The position numbers and the translations under genes are program-made. A stretch of DNA of 64,000 nucleotides from Candidatus Entotheonellaceae bacterium (GTDB taxonomy: Bacteria; Tectomicrobia; Entotheonellia; Entotheonellales; Entotheonellaceae), in contig OZ250173.1 in NCBI GenBank assembly GCA_965238075.1, positions 704,001-768,000 of the forward strand. Direction: 5' to 3'. Shown piece after piece: positions 27,832-38,309 of the stretch. Below the pieces are notes generated by a model. The model did not search any database. It was not told the origin of the DNA and worked only from the letters and a program-made list of their open reading frames with translations. The number at the start of each line of letters is the position of its first letter. Position 1 is the first letter of the stretch.

Positions 27832-28871
27832 GCATCATCGGACTCCCTTCCTGTGGCAAGACCACCGTTTTTCGCGCTCTGACCAACGCCGACGGGCAGA
27901 CTTCGCGCGCCGGCGGTAAGGGCGATACCCGCGTGGTCGAAGTCCCGGACGCCCGCCTGCAAACGCTGGCGGGCCTGTACAATCCCCGCAAGGCCACGCC
28001 CGCCGTGATGTCGTTTGTCGATCCCGTCCTGACCGGCCAGGCGGGCGCGCATTTCGCCGAAAGCCTGATGACCCTGATGCGCGACGCCGACGCCCTGGCC
28101 CACGTGTTGGGTGTGTTCGGCGACGACGTTGACCCGTTGGGCGATTTCAATGACCTCAACAACGAGATCTTGCTAGCCGATCTCGCCGTGGTGGAAAAGC
28201 GCCTGGAACGGGTTACCAAGGACCTCGGCAAAATGAAGCGGGCGGACCTGCAACGGGAGCAACAGTTGCTGCGTCGCTGCCAGGAAGCTCTGGAAACGGA
28301 ATGCCCGCTGCGTCGTCTGCCGTTCAGCGAAGACGAGCAAAAAGTTCTGCGCGGCTTTGGCTTGCTGAGCAGCAAGGCCCAACTCGTAGTGCTCAATCTC
28401 GACGAGACCCGCCGCCCGGTCGCCGGGGAACTGGCCAGAGATTTCAGTGAAAAGCTGGCGGATGACGACGTGCAGATCATCACCGTATACGGGCAGATCG
28501 AGAGCGAAATGGCCCAGCTCGACCCCGAAGAAGCGGAGCTCTTTCAGCAGGATCTCGGTCTGCAGGAATCGGGGCTCCACCGTTTCATCCGGGCCTCCTA
28601 CGCACTTCTCGGCCTGTGTTCATTTTTTACGGCCGGCGAAAAAGAAGTGCGCGCCTGGACCATCCCGCATGGCGCTGTGGCGCAGCAGGCCGCCGGCGTC
28701 ATTCACTCCGACCTGGCCCGCGGCTTCATTCGCGCCGAGGTCATCCATTACGACGACCTGGTGGCCAGCGGCTCCATGGCCAAGGTCCGCGAGGCCGGCA
28801 AATTACGCATCGAAGGCAAGATGTATCCGGTTCAGGACGGCGACGTCCTGACCATCCGTTTCAACGTTTAG
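27822..28871 (+). CDS. ychF: YchF family ATPase
   Basis: GIIGLPSCGKTT, FFTAGEKEVRAWT, IHSDLARGFIRAEV, VQDGDV..RFNV. Confidence 0.9.
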   Translation: MHIGIIGLPSCGKTTVFRALTNADGQTSRAGGKGDTRVVEVPDARLQTLAGLYNPRKATPAVMSFVDPVLTGQAGAHFAESLMTLMRDADALAHVLGVFGDDVDPLGDFNDLNNEILLADLAVVEKRLERVTKDLGKMKRADLQREQQLLRRCQEALETECPLRRLPFSEDEQKVLRGFGLLSSKAQLVVLNLDETRRPVAGELARDFSEKLADDDVQIITVYGQIESEMAQLDPEEAELFQQDLGLQESGLHRFIRASYALLGLCSFFTAGEKEVRAWTIPHGAVAQQAAGVIHSDLARGFIRAEVIHYDDLVASGSMAKVREAGKLRIEGKMYPVQDGDVLTIRFNV

Positions 28872-28895
28872 CAATTTGAAAGCAAGGAGCAAGAC

Positions 28896-30134
28896 ATGGC
28901 AGACAAGGCCCTGGAGGGCGTGCGCATTCTAGACATGACCCACGTGCAATCGGGTCCGTCCTGCACCCAGATTCTCGGATTTCTCGGCGCCGACGTGGTG
29001 AAGCTGGAGCCCCCCGGACGCGGCGACATCACCCGCGGACAACTGCGCGACATGCCGGACGTCGACAGCCTCTACTTCACCATGCTCAACTGCAACAAAC
29101 GCAGCATCACCCTGAACCTCAAGAACGAGCAGGGAAAGACGATCTTCACCGAGCTGCTCAAGACCTCCGACGTGGTCGTCGAGAACTTCGGGCCGGGCGT
29201 GCTGGACCGTCTGGGCTTCCCGTGGGAGACGATCCAGACCGTCAATCCGCGCGCCATCTACGCCTCGATCAAAGGCTTCGGCTCTTACGGCCCCAATAAG
29301 GACTTCAAGGCTTACGAGCCCATCGCCCAGGCCATGGGCGGCTCGATGAGCACCACCGGCCTGGCGGACGGGCCGCCGTTGTGCACGGGCTCGCAGATCG
29401 GCGACTCGGGCTCCGGCATCCACATGGTGGCGGCCATCCTGGCAGCGCTCTTCCAACGCACCCACAGCGGCCAGGGCCAGCGCGTCGAGGTGGCCATGCA
29501 GGACAGTGTCCTCAACCTGATCCGTGTGAAAATGCGCGACCACCAGCGGCTGCAGCGCGGCACCCTGCCCGAGTACCCGAACACCCACTTCGACGACGCG
29601 GTGCCGCGCTCCGGCAATGCCTCGGGCGGTGGGCATCCCGGCACCGCCCTACGCTGCAAGCCCGGCGGCCCAAACGACTACATTTACGTGGTCTTCCAGC
29701 CGCAAATCTGGGACGCCCTGCTGCGCACCATGGAGCGCGAGGACCTCGTCGACGACGAGCGCTATGCCACCCCGGCGGCACGCCTTCAGCGCCTCGACGA
29801 GGTGTACGGTTTGGTGGAATCGTGGAGCCTGAACTACACCAAGTTCGAGGTGATGGAGAAATTGAACGCCATCAACGTGCCCTGCGGTCCGGTGCTCGAC
29901 AGCGCCGACCTGTTTGAGGACGATCACTTGCGGGCGCGCGACATGATCGTTGAAGTGCCGCATCCGCAGCGCGGCTCCTTCAAGACCGTTGGCAGCCCGT
30001 TGAAGCTGTCGGATTCAGCGATCGAGATTACCTCGTCGCCGCTGCTGGGCGAGCATACCGCCGAGGTTCTGGGACAGGTGATGGGTTACTGCGCGGACGA
30101 AATCGACCAGCTGCGTCAGGACGGGGTGATTTAA
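28896..30134 (+). CDS. frc: Formyl-CoA transferase
   Basis: HVQSGPSCTQ, DSLYFTMLNCNKRS, QIGDSGSG, RVKMRDHQR, GNASGGG. Confidence 0.92.
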   Translation: MADKALEGVRILDMTHVQSGPSCTQILGFLGADVVKLEPPGRGDITRGQLRDMPDVDSLYFTMLNCNKRSITLNLKNEQGKTIFTELLKTSDVVVENFGPGVLDRLGFPWETIQTVNPRAIYASIKGFGSYGPNKDFKAYEPIAQAMGGSMSTTGLADGPPLCTGSQIGDSGSGIHMVAAILAALFQRTHSGQGQRVEVAMQDSVLNLIRVKMRDHQRLQRGTLPEYPNTHFDDAVPRSGNASGGGHPGTALRCKPGGPNDYIYVVFQPQIWDALLRTMEREDLVDDERYATPAARLQRLDEVYGLVESWSLNYTKFEVMEKLNAINVPCGPVLDSADLFEDDHLRARDMIVEVPHPQRGSFKTVGSPLKLSDSAIEITSSPLLGEHTAEVLGQVMGYCADEIDQLRQDGVI

Positions 30135-30155
30135 AGAAGGTCCCAACCAGTCACT

Positions 30156-30340
30156 GCAACACCCCCGACCGTCATAGGGGCGCCCCTTGTGGGTGCCCAT
30201 TGTCCCGTGCAGGCGGGAACTCGCGGGGCGTGCACGAGGCCCGCCTGGGAGCAAACATGTACCCCCCAACCCCCCTTGTCAGGGGGGGCAGCGGTCACTC
30301 CGGGAGCCATTTTCATCACCCTTATGTGGCCTGCAAGGCC
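30156..30340. repeat. Mosaic repeat locus 2 (GTAGGGG-type module + CCATTTTCAT linker half)
   Basis: Closely similar to 1965-2151 and 33590-33770. Confidence 0.85.
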
Positions 30341-31412
30341 TGCCCTCGGCTTCCGCCGGGGTGACGTTCTTTCGCCGGAGGCGAAGCGTCGCGGTATACT
30401 CTCTCCTCACAAATTGGCCGATTTGCAAGCGGGTGTGGCCCAAGCAGGAGGGTACAAAGTCCGACGTGCCGCGTAACAGGGTGTTCAGCATCCTGATGAC
30501 CGTCTTGATCGGTAAGTTGTTCAGGTCCAGCGGCCCCGGCAGCGCGGGTTGTATGACGCAGGCCCGCTCACTGCGCGGCCCCCACATCTGTGGATCGGTG
30601 GGTCCGAACAACGCCAGGGTGCGGGTGCCGACGGCGGCCGCGAGATGCGTGACGCCGGAATCGTGACCCGCGAAAACCGCACAGCGCGCCAATATCGCCC
30701 CCAACTCCGGCAAGGAAGCGGTTCGCAACACCTTCCACGACGGGCTGAGGGTAGTCAGTAACCTACCGACGCATCGTTCCTCCTCGGCCGGTCCGCATAT
30801 CACCACGCCGGGAATCCCTTCCTCGGCGGCCCACGCCATCACCTGCCGCCAGCCTTCCAAGGGCCACAGCTTATGCCGCCCGCCGCTGCCGGGATGCACC
30901 GCCAACACGCCCTGTTCCGGTAAACCCGCCGATCGCCAGAAACGGTTAGCGGCTTGCTGGTGCGCCGCACTGGGATAGAAGCGGGGCTGGGCAGGCGGGG
31001 TGCGGCCCACAAATCGCAGCACAGGTTGCAGAAGGTGGTCCGTTGCGTGCACCCCGGTGCGCGGCTGTGGCGGCCAGGCAATGACCTCGCCGGGGCAGTA
31101 CCGCTTGAGGTTGTCCGTGAATGTTGCGTCGGGCGCCGGAAGGTAGGACAGAATCAGGTCGAACCCGCTCAGGTAGGTCGCCAGTCGCTGCGGCAGCCGG
31201 GGTTCATGGCCGAACAACCGGTACAGCTCCCATTGCTCGGCGTCGGCGATGGCGTCGGCATAGGTAGGGTGACGCGCCAGACAGGCCCGCTTGGCGTCGC
31301 CCATGACGTCGATCCGGGCGCTCGGAAAGGCCAGCCGCAGGGCGCCAACCGCCGGCAGGGTGAGAATCAGATCGCCGATTGCCCCGCCGCGTATGACCAA
31401 CACCCGCCGCAT
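30279..31412 (-). CDS. Glycosyltransferase family 9 (heptosyltransferase-like)
   Basis: IRGGAIGDLIL, HPGSG..KLWP, GHDSGVTHLAAA, LFGPTDP. Confidence 0.9.
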   Translation of the reverse strand: MRRVLVIRGGAIGDLILTLPAVGALRLAFPSARIDVMGDAKRACLARHPTYADAIADAEQWELYRLFGHEPRLPQRLATYLSGFDLILSYLPAPDATFTDNLKRYCPGEVIAWPPQPRTGVHATDHLLQPVLRFVGRTPPAQPRFYPSAAHQQAANRFWRSAGLPEQGVLAVHPGSGGRHKLWPLEGWRQVMAWAAEEGIPGVVICGPAEEERCVGRLLTTLSPSWKVLRTASLPELGAILARCAVFAGHDSGVTHLAAAVGTRTLALFGPTDPQMWGPRSERACVIQPALPGPLDLNNLPIKTVIRMLNTLLRGTSDFVPSCLGHTRLQIGQFVRREYTATLRLRRKNVTPAEAEGRPCRPHKGDENGSRSDRCPP

Positions 31413-31430
31413 GCCGTCTCCCGCAGGCCA

Positions 31431-33296
31431 TCAGCCGCCATCGCCCGCAACCCTCGCTGCCGCGGGGGTTACCGGCAGGCCGGCCAGGCGCATGATCTTC
31501 AAGGCGTTCGTGGTCGGGCAAGGTCCCGGCCGCAGCCGGTAGTCGAAGACCATACGGCCGTCGCGAATCTCCTCCCGGAAATGGAAGTTGTGAATCCCCG
31601 GCACGGCCGCGGCCGTGCCGACGAGTTCCAGGTCGTGGGTGGAAATCATGCCGACACCGCGGCCACTGGCGAGGGCCTCGATGTAAGCGCGGCTCCCGAC
31701 CAGGCGCTCGTGGTTGTTGGTGCCGCGGAAAATTTCGTCGATCAGATACAGCAAGGGCGCTTCGTCCTCGGCGTTCAGGGCGGCCAGCAAGGCCTTGAGG
31801 CGCCGCACCTCGGCGTAAAAATACGAGATGCCATCGGTCACCGAATCGGTGACCTGGATGCAGGTAAACAGCCGCAGCGGCACGGTGCGCAGTTTTTCGG
31901 CATGCACCGCGGCGCCGGCGTATGCCAGGCACAGGTTGACCCCGAGAGTACGTAGAAAGGTGCTCTTGCCGGACATGTTGGAACCGGTGATCAGGGCGAT
32001 GTCGCCCGGCGCTTCGAAGCTGAAATCATTGTGCACGCGCTCGGCGTCCGGCAGCAGAGGATGTCCCAGGGCACGCGCCTGCAGCAGGGGTCGGGTCTGC
32101 GGCACGATCTCCGGAAAGGCATTGTCGGGGTGCAGGTAGCTGTAGGTGGCCAGAGCGTTCAGGGCCTCCAGGTCGTACCAGGTGTGAATCCACACCGGCA
32201 GCGTGGCTTTGGCCGACGCCTTATAGCGGTTCAGCCGATTGGCGAAGAACAGGTCCCACGGCACCAGAGCGTTCACCAGAAAGCCGAGCAGATGGCTCTG
32301 CTGCACACCGGCAGCGCCCGCGATGCGCACGATCTGACGCACCGACGCCGACGGCCGGCTGGCGGCGCGCCAATACGGTTCGCAGAGCTTGGCAAGGTGC
32401 GGTGTCCTGCCGTAGGGGAAGCCCTCCAGGTAGATCAGTACGGCGCGCAAATGCCGCAGCACCCGTTCAAGCTGGTAGGCATCGGCGAACAGGCTGCGGG
32501 CCTCGCGGTGTTTGTAGGTATACAAGCCCAGATAGGCCAGCCAGGTTGCAGGCCACACGGGCGGCAGGTGACCCAGGGCGTACAGAACCGCGAGCAGGAG
32601 GTTGGCAAGCGCCAGCAAACCGAGGCCCCACACCCACGGCGTCAGCCGCGGCGACGACGCCTGCAGAAGCCAGTCGACGATCTTGTCGGCGGACCACCTC
32701 TCCTGCGGCCGACTGCCGAGCAGGACGCCGTGCAGGTTGAGTCGATCACGGAAACGCGCCAGCGGCGCCAGCTCACGGATGATCTGCTGCCGCTCGCGCA
32801 CCGCGTCGGCAGTGTTCAGGGGCTTCAAGAGCCAAGTGCGCAACCGTGCGCAGCCGCCATACGAGGTGCTGGTGTCGAGGAGGTGGTGTACGGAACGCGG
32901 GCCGGTCAGACTGAGGTCGGCGGCGAACGGGTGTTCCGGGTCGTTCGGTATGTCGGGCGGTTGGGGAATGTTTGCCCAGTCATGGGTCAAGCGCGCGACG
33001 TGGGTGGACTTGATGTGTTTCCAGACGGCGTGCCGGACGGCACTGTGACGCACCCGGCGATGGCCAAACGCGGTCGCCACGAATGCGGCCCCAAATAGCC
33101 CGAGGGTGAGCCAGGCGATGCTGTTGCCGAGGAAACGCTCGGCGACCAGCGCAGCGCAAATCCCTCCCAGCACCAGCGCGGTCCGCAGCCGCGAGAACTT
33201 CCGGCTCAGCCGGTCCAGGCGCAGCAAGCGGCCGTCCAGCCGCTTGATTTGACGTCGCAGCGCATCCAGTCTGCGCTGGCTGGCGTATGAGATCAT
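31431..33296 (-). CDS. Membrane-anchored MutS domain V ATPase (MutS-related)
   Basis: TM helices; ITGSNMSGKSTFLR; GISYFYAE; DEIFRGTN; STHDLEL. Confidence 0.9.
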   Translation of the reverse strand: MISYASQRRLDALRRQIKRLDGRLLRLDRLSRKFSRLRTALVLGGICAALVAERFLGNSIAWLTLGLFGAAFVATAFGHRRVRHSAVRHAVWKHIKSTHVARLTHDWANIPQPPDIPNDPEHPFAADLSLTGPRSVHHLLDTSTSYGGCARLRTWLLKPLNTADAVRERQQIIRELAPLARFRDRLNLHGVLLGSRPQERWSADKIVDWLLQASSPRLTPWVWGLGLLALANLLLAVLYALGHLPPVWPATWLAYLGLYTYKHREARSLFADAYQLERVLRHLRAVLIYLEGFPYGRTPHLAKLCEPYWRAASRPSASVRQIVRIAGAAGVQQSHLLGFLVNALVPWDLFFANRLNRYKASAKATLPVWIHTWYDLEALNALATYSYLHPDNAFPEIVPQTRPLLQARALGHPLLPDAERVHNDFSFEAPGDIALITGSNMSGKSTFLRTLGVNLCLAYAGAAVHAEKLRTVPLRLFTCIQVTDSVTDGISYFYAEVRRLKALLAALNAEDEAPLLYLIDEIFRGTNNHERLVGSRAYIEALASGRGVGMISTHDLELVGTAAAVPGIHNFHFREEIRDGRMVFDYRLRPGPCPTTNALKIMRLAGLPVTPAAARVAGDGG

Positions 33297-33565
33297 AGGC
33301 AATTCGACTCCGATCCCCTACCGGGCGCTTGAACACCACGCCGGAGTTGGCCGCGATACGGGTCTTCGCTGCAAGACCGCAATGGATCATGGCTCAGGTT
33401 GACGACGCTTGTGCCAATGTGCAAGGGTGTTTCCGGCGCTTCGTCGTTCGCGTACCGGCTGAACTGACGGCTCGGTGCAACCTTACGTTCTTTCAGGTCG
33501 ATTGCAAGCCTTGAGTGCACGAGGCCTTTCGACATATCGTCGGTGTCCTCATGCTGGTCAATCCC

Positions 33566-33913
33566 ATGAAAACAGCCCGTCCGATACCATGCCCCGACCT
33601 TCGTGGGGTGCCCCTTGTGGATGCCCACTATCCCGTGCCAGCGGGAATCCACAGGGCGGGCACGAGGCCCACCTGGGGGAAACATGTAACCCCCCAACCC
33701 CCCTTGTCAGGGGGGCGGTCGCTCCGGGAGCCATTTTCATGGTTCTTGATGTGGCCTTGGCAAGGCCATGGGAAATTACCATGGGAATAGACCGTCCGGT
33801 GTTCCCCTATCGTCATTCCGGCGAAGGCCGGAATCCAGTGACCGTTGTACCACAAAAACCTTTCGGACCCCGGCCCAGGATCCACTTCGAGGCAGGCTCT
33901 TCGCCGGGGTGAC
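33566..33913. repeat. Mosaic repeat locus 3 (GTAGGGG-type module + linker + GTCATTCCGGCG module with nested insert)
   Basis: Same modules as locus 1, in reverse order. Confidence 0.85.
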
Positions 33914-33967
33914 AGGGGCCGCAAGGCAGCAGGACAACCTCAGGACCTTGAACATGGAGCAACAAAT

Positions 33968-35830
33968 ATGTTTCAACGGCGAGAATCAGAAGGTTACGTT
34001 GGCACCGGCAGTTCATGGTGCCGTGAGCTTGGGACGGGCGGTGCGATCCACCGGGACAGGCGATGGCTGCGGCGAGGCGGGCGGGCCAGCGCTGTTCTCG
34101 CCGTTTTTGCAGCGCTGACCTTGCTCGCCTGCTCGGACGACAGCCCGAGCACCATTACCGACGAGCTCAAAAGGAATGCCGAGACGTTCGAGTATACCAT
34201 CGGGGTACCCGACGGGTCCCTGACGTTGGCAACCGTCTCCGAGCCGCTGACCCTGAACCTGGCTCTGGCGAACGACGCCGGGTCGTCGAGCATCCTGGGA
34301 TACCTCTTTGAGGGCCTGACTGAGACCTCATGGCTGACCGACGAGGTCCAGCCGGCGCTGGCCGAGTCCTGGGAACGCTCGGATGACGGCCTGGAGTGGA
34401 CGTTTCACCTGCGCCAGGGCGTGACGTGGCACGACGGAACGCGCTTCACGGCGCACGATGTGGACTTCACCTTCAACGACATCATCTACAATGAGGACAT
34501 CGACGCAAGCGCCCGGGCGACGTTCAACTTCCGGTTCCTGGACGAGGAAGGCGCTTGGATGGAAGCAAAAATGTCCGTCGAGGCGGTGGACGACCATACG
34601 GTCAGGTTCGAACTGCCGGTGCCGTTTGCCCCCTTCCTCCGTTCCATGGGCACGCCGATCTATCCCAAGCACATTCTTGAGGAGCACGTGGAGGCTGGCA
34701 CCTTCGCCGAGGTGTGGGACATCGACACGGACCCGGGCGAGATCGTCGGCACCGGCCCCTTCACCATCGAGAGCTATGACCCCGGTGAACGCGTGATTCT
34801 GAAAGGCTACTCCAACTACTGGCTTGAGGACGGCCACGGCGACCCCCTGCCGTATCTGGCCGAGGTCAGGTATCTTATCGTGTCGGATCAAGCGGCTAGG
34901 CTCGGAAAATTCTGGACGAAGGAATCGGATGTTCTTGGCGTCTTAGGTGAGTGGCACGCTGGCCTCAACGCCTTGCAGGCAATACAAAACTTCACGATCT
35001 ACCGGCGCGGTCCCACATTCGGGACGACATTCCTGGGATTCAACATGAATCCCAATGCTGTCGCGCCGGAGAAGCTGAACTGGTTCAGTAATAAGAGCTT
35101 CCGCCAAGCCGTGGCGCACAGCGTTGACAAGGACATGATTATCAACGACATCCAGAACGGCTTCGGTTACCCGCAGTGGGCTTCCATCAGCCCGGCCGCG
35201 GGCGACTTCCACAACCCGAACGTCCGCCGGTACGAATACGATATAGGCGAGGCCAACGCCATTCTCGACGGCCTCGGTTGGCGGGACACCGACGGGGACG
35301 GTGTGCGCGAAGACGCGGCGGGCAACCGCATCGAATTTTCGCTCCTGATCAGCGAGAACGCTGACACACTGGCGCGGATGACCAACCTGATCCGCGATGG
35401 CCTTGCGGATATTGGCGTTCAAGCAAACGTCAATGCCGTCGAATGGGGTGACGTTGTGTCCCGGTTAACCGATTCCTACGACTGGGAGACCACGGTCGTC
35501 GGCTTTACGGGCGGGACCGACCCCCACGGCGGCATCGAACTCTGGCACAGCAGTGAGAACCTCCACCTGTGGTATCCGAACCAGCCACAGCCGGCGACGG
35601 ATTGGGAAGCGGCAATTGACGACCTTTACGTCAGGGCCAGCCAGGAACTGGAGCGTGCCACGCGCGTAGATCTCTACCACCAAGCCCAGGAAATTGCGGC
35701 CGAGAACGTGCCGGTCATTTTCACGACACTGCCCGAACGGCTGGCCGCGGTGCGCAACGTCTTCGGCAACACCACACCCACGTTGTACGGGCTTTGGGAC
35801 ATCCGCTACCTGTATCGAATGGATCAATAG
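33968..35830 (+). CDS. ABC transporter substrate-binding lipoprotein, family 5; paralogue of 3164..4972
   Basis: Lipobox LLAC; collinear similarity to the first SBP; start codon uncertain. Confidence 0.88.
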   Translation: MFQRRESEGYVGTGSSWCRELGTGGAIHRDRRWLRRGGRASAVLAVFAALTLLACSDDSPSTITDELKRNAETFEYTIGVPDGSLTLATVSEPLTLNLALANDAGSSSILGYLFEGLTETSWLTDEVQPALAESWERSDDGLEWTFHLRQGVTWHDGTRFTAHDVDFTFNDIIYNEDIDASARATFNFRFLDEEGAWMEAKMSVEAVDDHTVRFELPVPFAPFLRSMGTPIYPKHILEEHVEAGTFAEVWDIDTDPGEIVGTGPFTIESYDPGERVILKGYSNYWLEDGHGDPLPYLAEVRYLIVSDQAARLGKFWTKESDVLGVLGEWHAGLNALQAIQNFTIYRRGPTFGTTFLGFNMNPNAVAPEKLNWFSNKSFRQAVAHSVDKDMIINDIQNGFGYPQWASISPAAGDFHNPNVRRYEYDIGEANAILDGLGWRDTDGDGVREDAAGNRIEFSLLISENADTLARMTNLIRDGLADIGVQANVNAVEWGDVVSRLTDSYDWETTVVGFTGGTDPHGGIELWHSSENLHLWYPNQPQPATDWEAAIDDLYVRASQELERATRVDLYHQAQEIAAENVPVIFTTLPERLAAVRNVFGNTTPTLYGLWDIRYLYRMDQ

Positions 35831-35849
35831 GCCCCAGCGGCAATCCGGC

Positions 35850-37508
35850 CTAGCCTCGGGTCAGCCAGGCGAATTGCTGCGGCCGGCGTTTGGCCTCGGG
35901 ATTGATTGTCACGTTAATCAGCGTCGTCTCCCCACTGTCGAAGGACGCCTGCAACGCCGCCCGCAATTCCTGCGGGGTTTCGACGTGGTAGCCCTTGCCT
36001 CCGAAGGCTTCCATCACCTTGTCGTAGCGCGCATTGGGCACGAAGGCGTTGGGCGGATACGCGGCGCCCTCGGGCAGGCTGCTGGGGCCGCCGCCGATGC
36101 CGTTGTTGTTGAACACGATCCAGGTGATGGGCAGCTTGTGGCGCACCGCCACCTCGACCTCCAGGCCGTCGAAGCCAAACGCCGCGTCGCCTTCCAGGGC
36201 GATGACGCGCTTGTCCGGGTTGGCCACCTGCGCGGCGATGGCAAAGCCCGGCCCTACGCCCATGGTGCCCCAAGTGCCGGCGTCGAGGCGTTTGCGCGGC
36301 TCGTAGTTGTCCAGCACCTGACGGCTGATATCCATCGTGCTGGCGCCCTCAGTCACAATGATGGCGTCGCGCGGCAGCATCTGTTGGATTTCCTGTAGCG
36401 GCCGGTAATAGTTCATCGGCACCTCGTCCGACTCCAGCATCGCCGTGGTGGCCTCCTGCTTGGCCTTTCTCTCCTTGTCGAGCGCCTGGCGCCAGGGATT
36501 ATCGGCGGCGATCTGCCAGGGGTCTTCTTCCAAAGCGGCAACCATCTGTGCCATGACCACCTTGGCATCGCCCACCAGGGCGGCTTCGGCGGGGACGGTG
36601 GCGCCGATTTCCTCAGCGGCCACGTCGAGCTGCACCACGCGCAAGTCCTCGCGGAAGCGCGGCGGCAGGCCGAAGTGCATAATCCAGTTGAGCCGGGCGC
36701 CGATGGTGAAAACGAGGTCGGCGTTCTGCAGGGCGTAGCTTCGCGCCGCCGCCACGCTGAGCGGATGGCCGTCGGGCATGACGCCCTTGCCCATCGGCGA
36801 CGGCAGGAAAGGCATCTGCGCCTCTTCGATAAAACGCCGCACCTGTTCCTCCGCACCGGCCCAGGCGGCCCCCTTGCCGATAATCGCCAGCGGCTGGCGC
36901 GCCGACTTCAGGGACGCCAGGGCCGCCTTGATGGCCGTCGGGTCCACCGGCGGCGCGGGCGGAGCTTCGACACGCGGCGGGTAGGTCAGGTCGTCTTCGT
37001 CCAGGCTGCTGGCGATGACGTCGCCCGGCAGGTCGAGATAAACCGGGCCGGGCCGTCCGGAGATCGAATGGCGCACGGCGGTGGCGATGTAGCGCGGGAT
37101 CAGGTCGATACGCTCCGCCTGTCCTACCCATTTGCAGAACGGCTTGGCGAGGTCCAGCTGCGGAGCGGCCTGAAAGTCCCCCATGTGGTTCAGGGCCTGA
37201 TTGGACGACCCGCCGATCAGCAGCATGGGCCAGCAGTTCGCCCAGGCGTTGCCGAGGGCGGAGATGGCATTCGTCATGCCGGGACCGGACACCACCAGGC
37301 AGGCGCCGATGCGGCCCTTGAGATACGAGATGGCCTGCGCCGCGTAGCCTGACGCCTGCTCGTGCCGCGTGCCGATGTAGCGGATGCCCTCGCTCGCCGC
37401 CGCTGCCGCAATGCCGGTGACCGGAATGCCGACCACGCCGAACAGTTCATCCACGCCCTGCTGCTTCAAGCAGCGGGCCACCAGTCTCGCGCCATCGATT
37501 TCAGCCAT
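35850..37508 (-). CDS. ThDP-dependent 2-hydroxyacyl-CoA lyase / oxalyl-CoA decarboxylase family enzyme
   Basis: GVVGIPV, RHEQAS.YAA, RLDAGTWGTMGVG, EGDAAFGF..NNNGI, C-terminal RRPQQFAWLT. Confidence 0.9.
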   Translation of the reverse strand: MAEIDGARLVARCLKQQGVDELFGVVGIPVTGIAAAAASEGIRYIGTRHEQASGYAAQAISYLKGRIGACLVVSGPGMTNAISALGNAWANCWPMLLIGGSSNQALNHMGDFQAAPQLDLAKPFCKWVGQAERIDLIPRYIATAVRHSISGRPGPVYLDLPGDVIASSLDEDDLTYPPRVEAPPAPPVDPTAIKAALASLKSARQPLAIIGKGAAWAGAEEQVRRFIEEAQMPFLPSPMGKGVMPDGHPLSVAAARSYALQNADLVFTIGARLNWIMHFGLPPRFREDLRVVQLDVAAEEIGATVPAEAALVGDAKVVMAQMVAALEEDPWQIAADNPWRQALDKERKAKQEATTAMLESDEVPMNYYRPLQEIQQMLPRDAIIVTEGASTMDISRQVLDNYEPRKRLDAGTWGTMGVGPGFAIAAQVANPDKRVIALEGDAAFGFDGLEVEVAVRHKLPITWIVFNNNGIGGGPSSLPEGAAYPPNAFVPNARYDKVMEAFGGKGYHVETPQELRAALQASFDSGETTLINVTINPEAKRRPQQFAWLTRG

Positions 37509-37647
37509 GATGTACTCCTGTCGGAAGATGGAAGATGCACGTTCCAAATCTGTGTACCGGGCGTTCGCCGTGGTACAATCGCGCCCTTGTTGGCAAGCGT
37601 TTCTGCGTGTCTGGGGAGTGCATGAACCTATTGAAGGGTATCGTGTG

Positions 37648-38295
37648 ATGGGCGAGCATCATACGTCAGCACCGGGGTGGATGCAAACGCGCGCTGGACG
37701 CCTCAAACGCTGCCCGACCGGCGAGACGGGCGCCGTGTTGATCCTCAGCCTGCTGCTCCTGATGGTGCTGACCCTGCTCGGCGTCGCCGCCTTGACCCAC
37801 AGCCGCATCGAGTTGCAACTCGCCGCCAATGACCGAGCCCATAAGCAGGCCCTGGCCGCCGCTGACTTTGCCCTGGCAATCGGCGAAACAGTCATCGAGT
37901 CGTGGACCGACGCCGCTGAACTTGATGAGGCCGCCAGCGTTGAGGATGGCCGTTATGGCATCGGTGAACAACCGGCCTGGGGACACTTGAAATGGGGTGC
38001 CGCCTGTGCCGGGCCGCCCGGCACCTGCCGCGGCGGCTCGGAGGCAGTGTCCGCCAACGACTTGCCCGCCGGCATCCAAAACGTTCTGCACAGCCCGCAA
38101 ACCCTGCTCCCGCGCTACACCATCGAACGCCTGCCCACCGTGCCGGACAGCTACGTGACCGGCGTGCAGTACCACGGGCCGCGGGAAACCACCTATTTCC
38201 GCATCTCCGCGCGCGGCGTCGGACCGACGGGCGTCCTCGGCGCCCAGCCCTCGCGGGTCATCCTTCAGAGTATCTACGCCAGGCGGTTCAATTGA
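37648..38295 (+). CDS. pilX: Type IV minor pilin PilX-like
   Basis: GAVLILSLLLLMVLTLLGVAA..E..A.N; PRYTIE; YFRISARGVG..VILQSIY. Confidence 0.85.
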   Translation: MGEHHTSAPGWMQTRAGRLKRCPTGETGAVLILSLLLLMVLTLLGVAALTHSRIELQLAANDRAHKQALAAADFALAIGETVIESWTDAAELDEAASVEDGRYGIGEQPAWGHLKWGAACAGPPGTCRGGSEAVSANDLPAGIQNVLHSPQTLLPRYTIERLPTVPDSYVTGVQYHGPRETTYFRISARGVGPTGVLGAQPSRVILQSIYARRFN

Positions 38296-38309
38296 CGATC
38301 GGATCGCGT

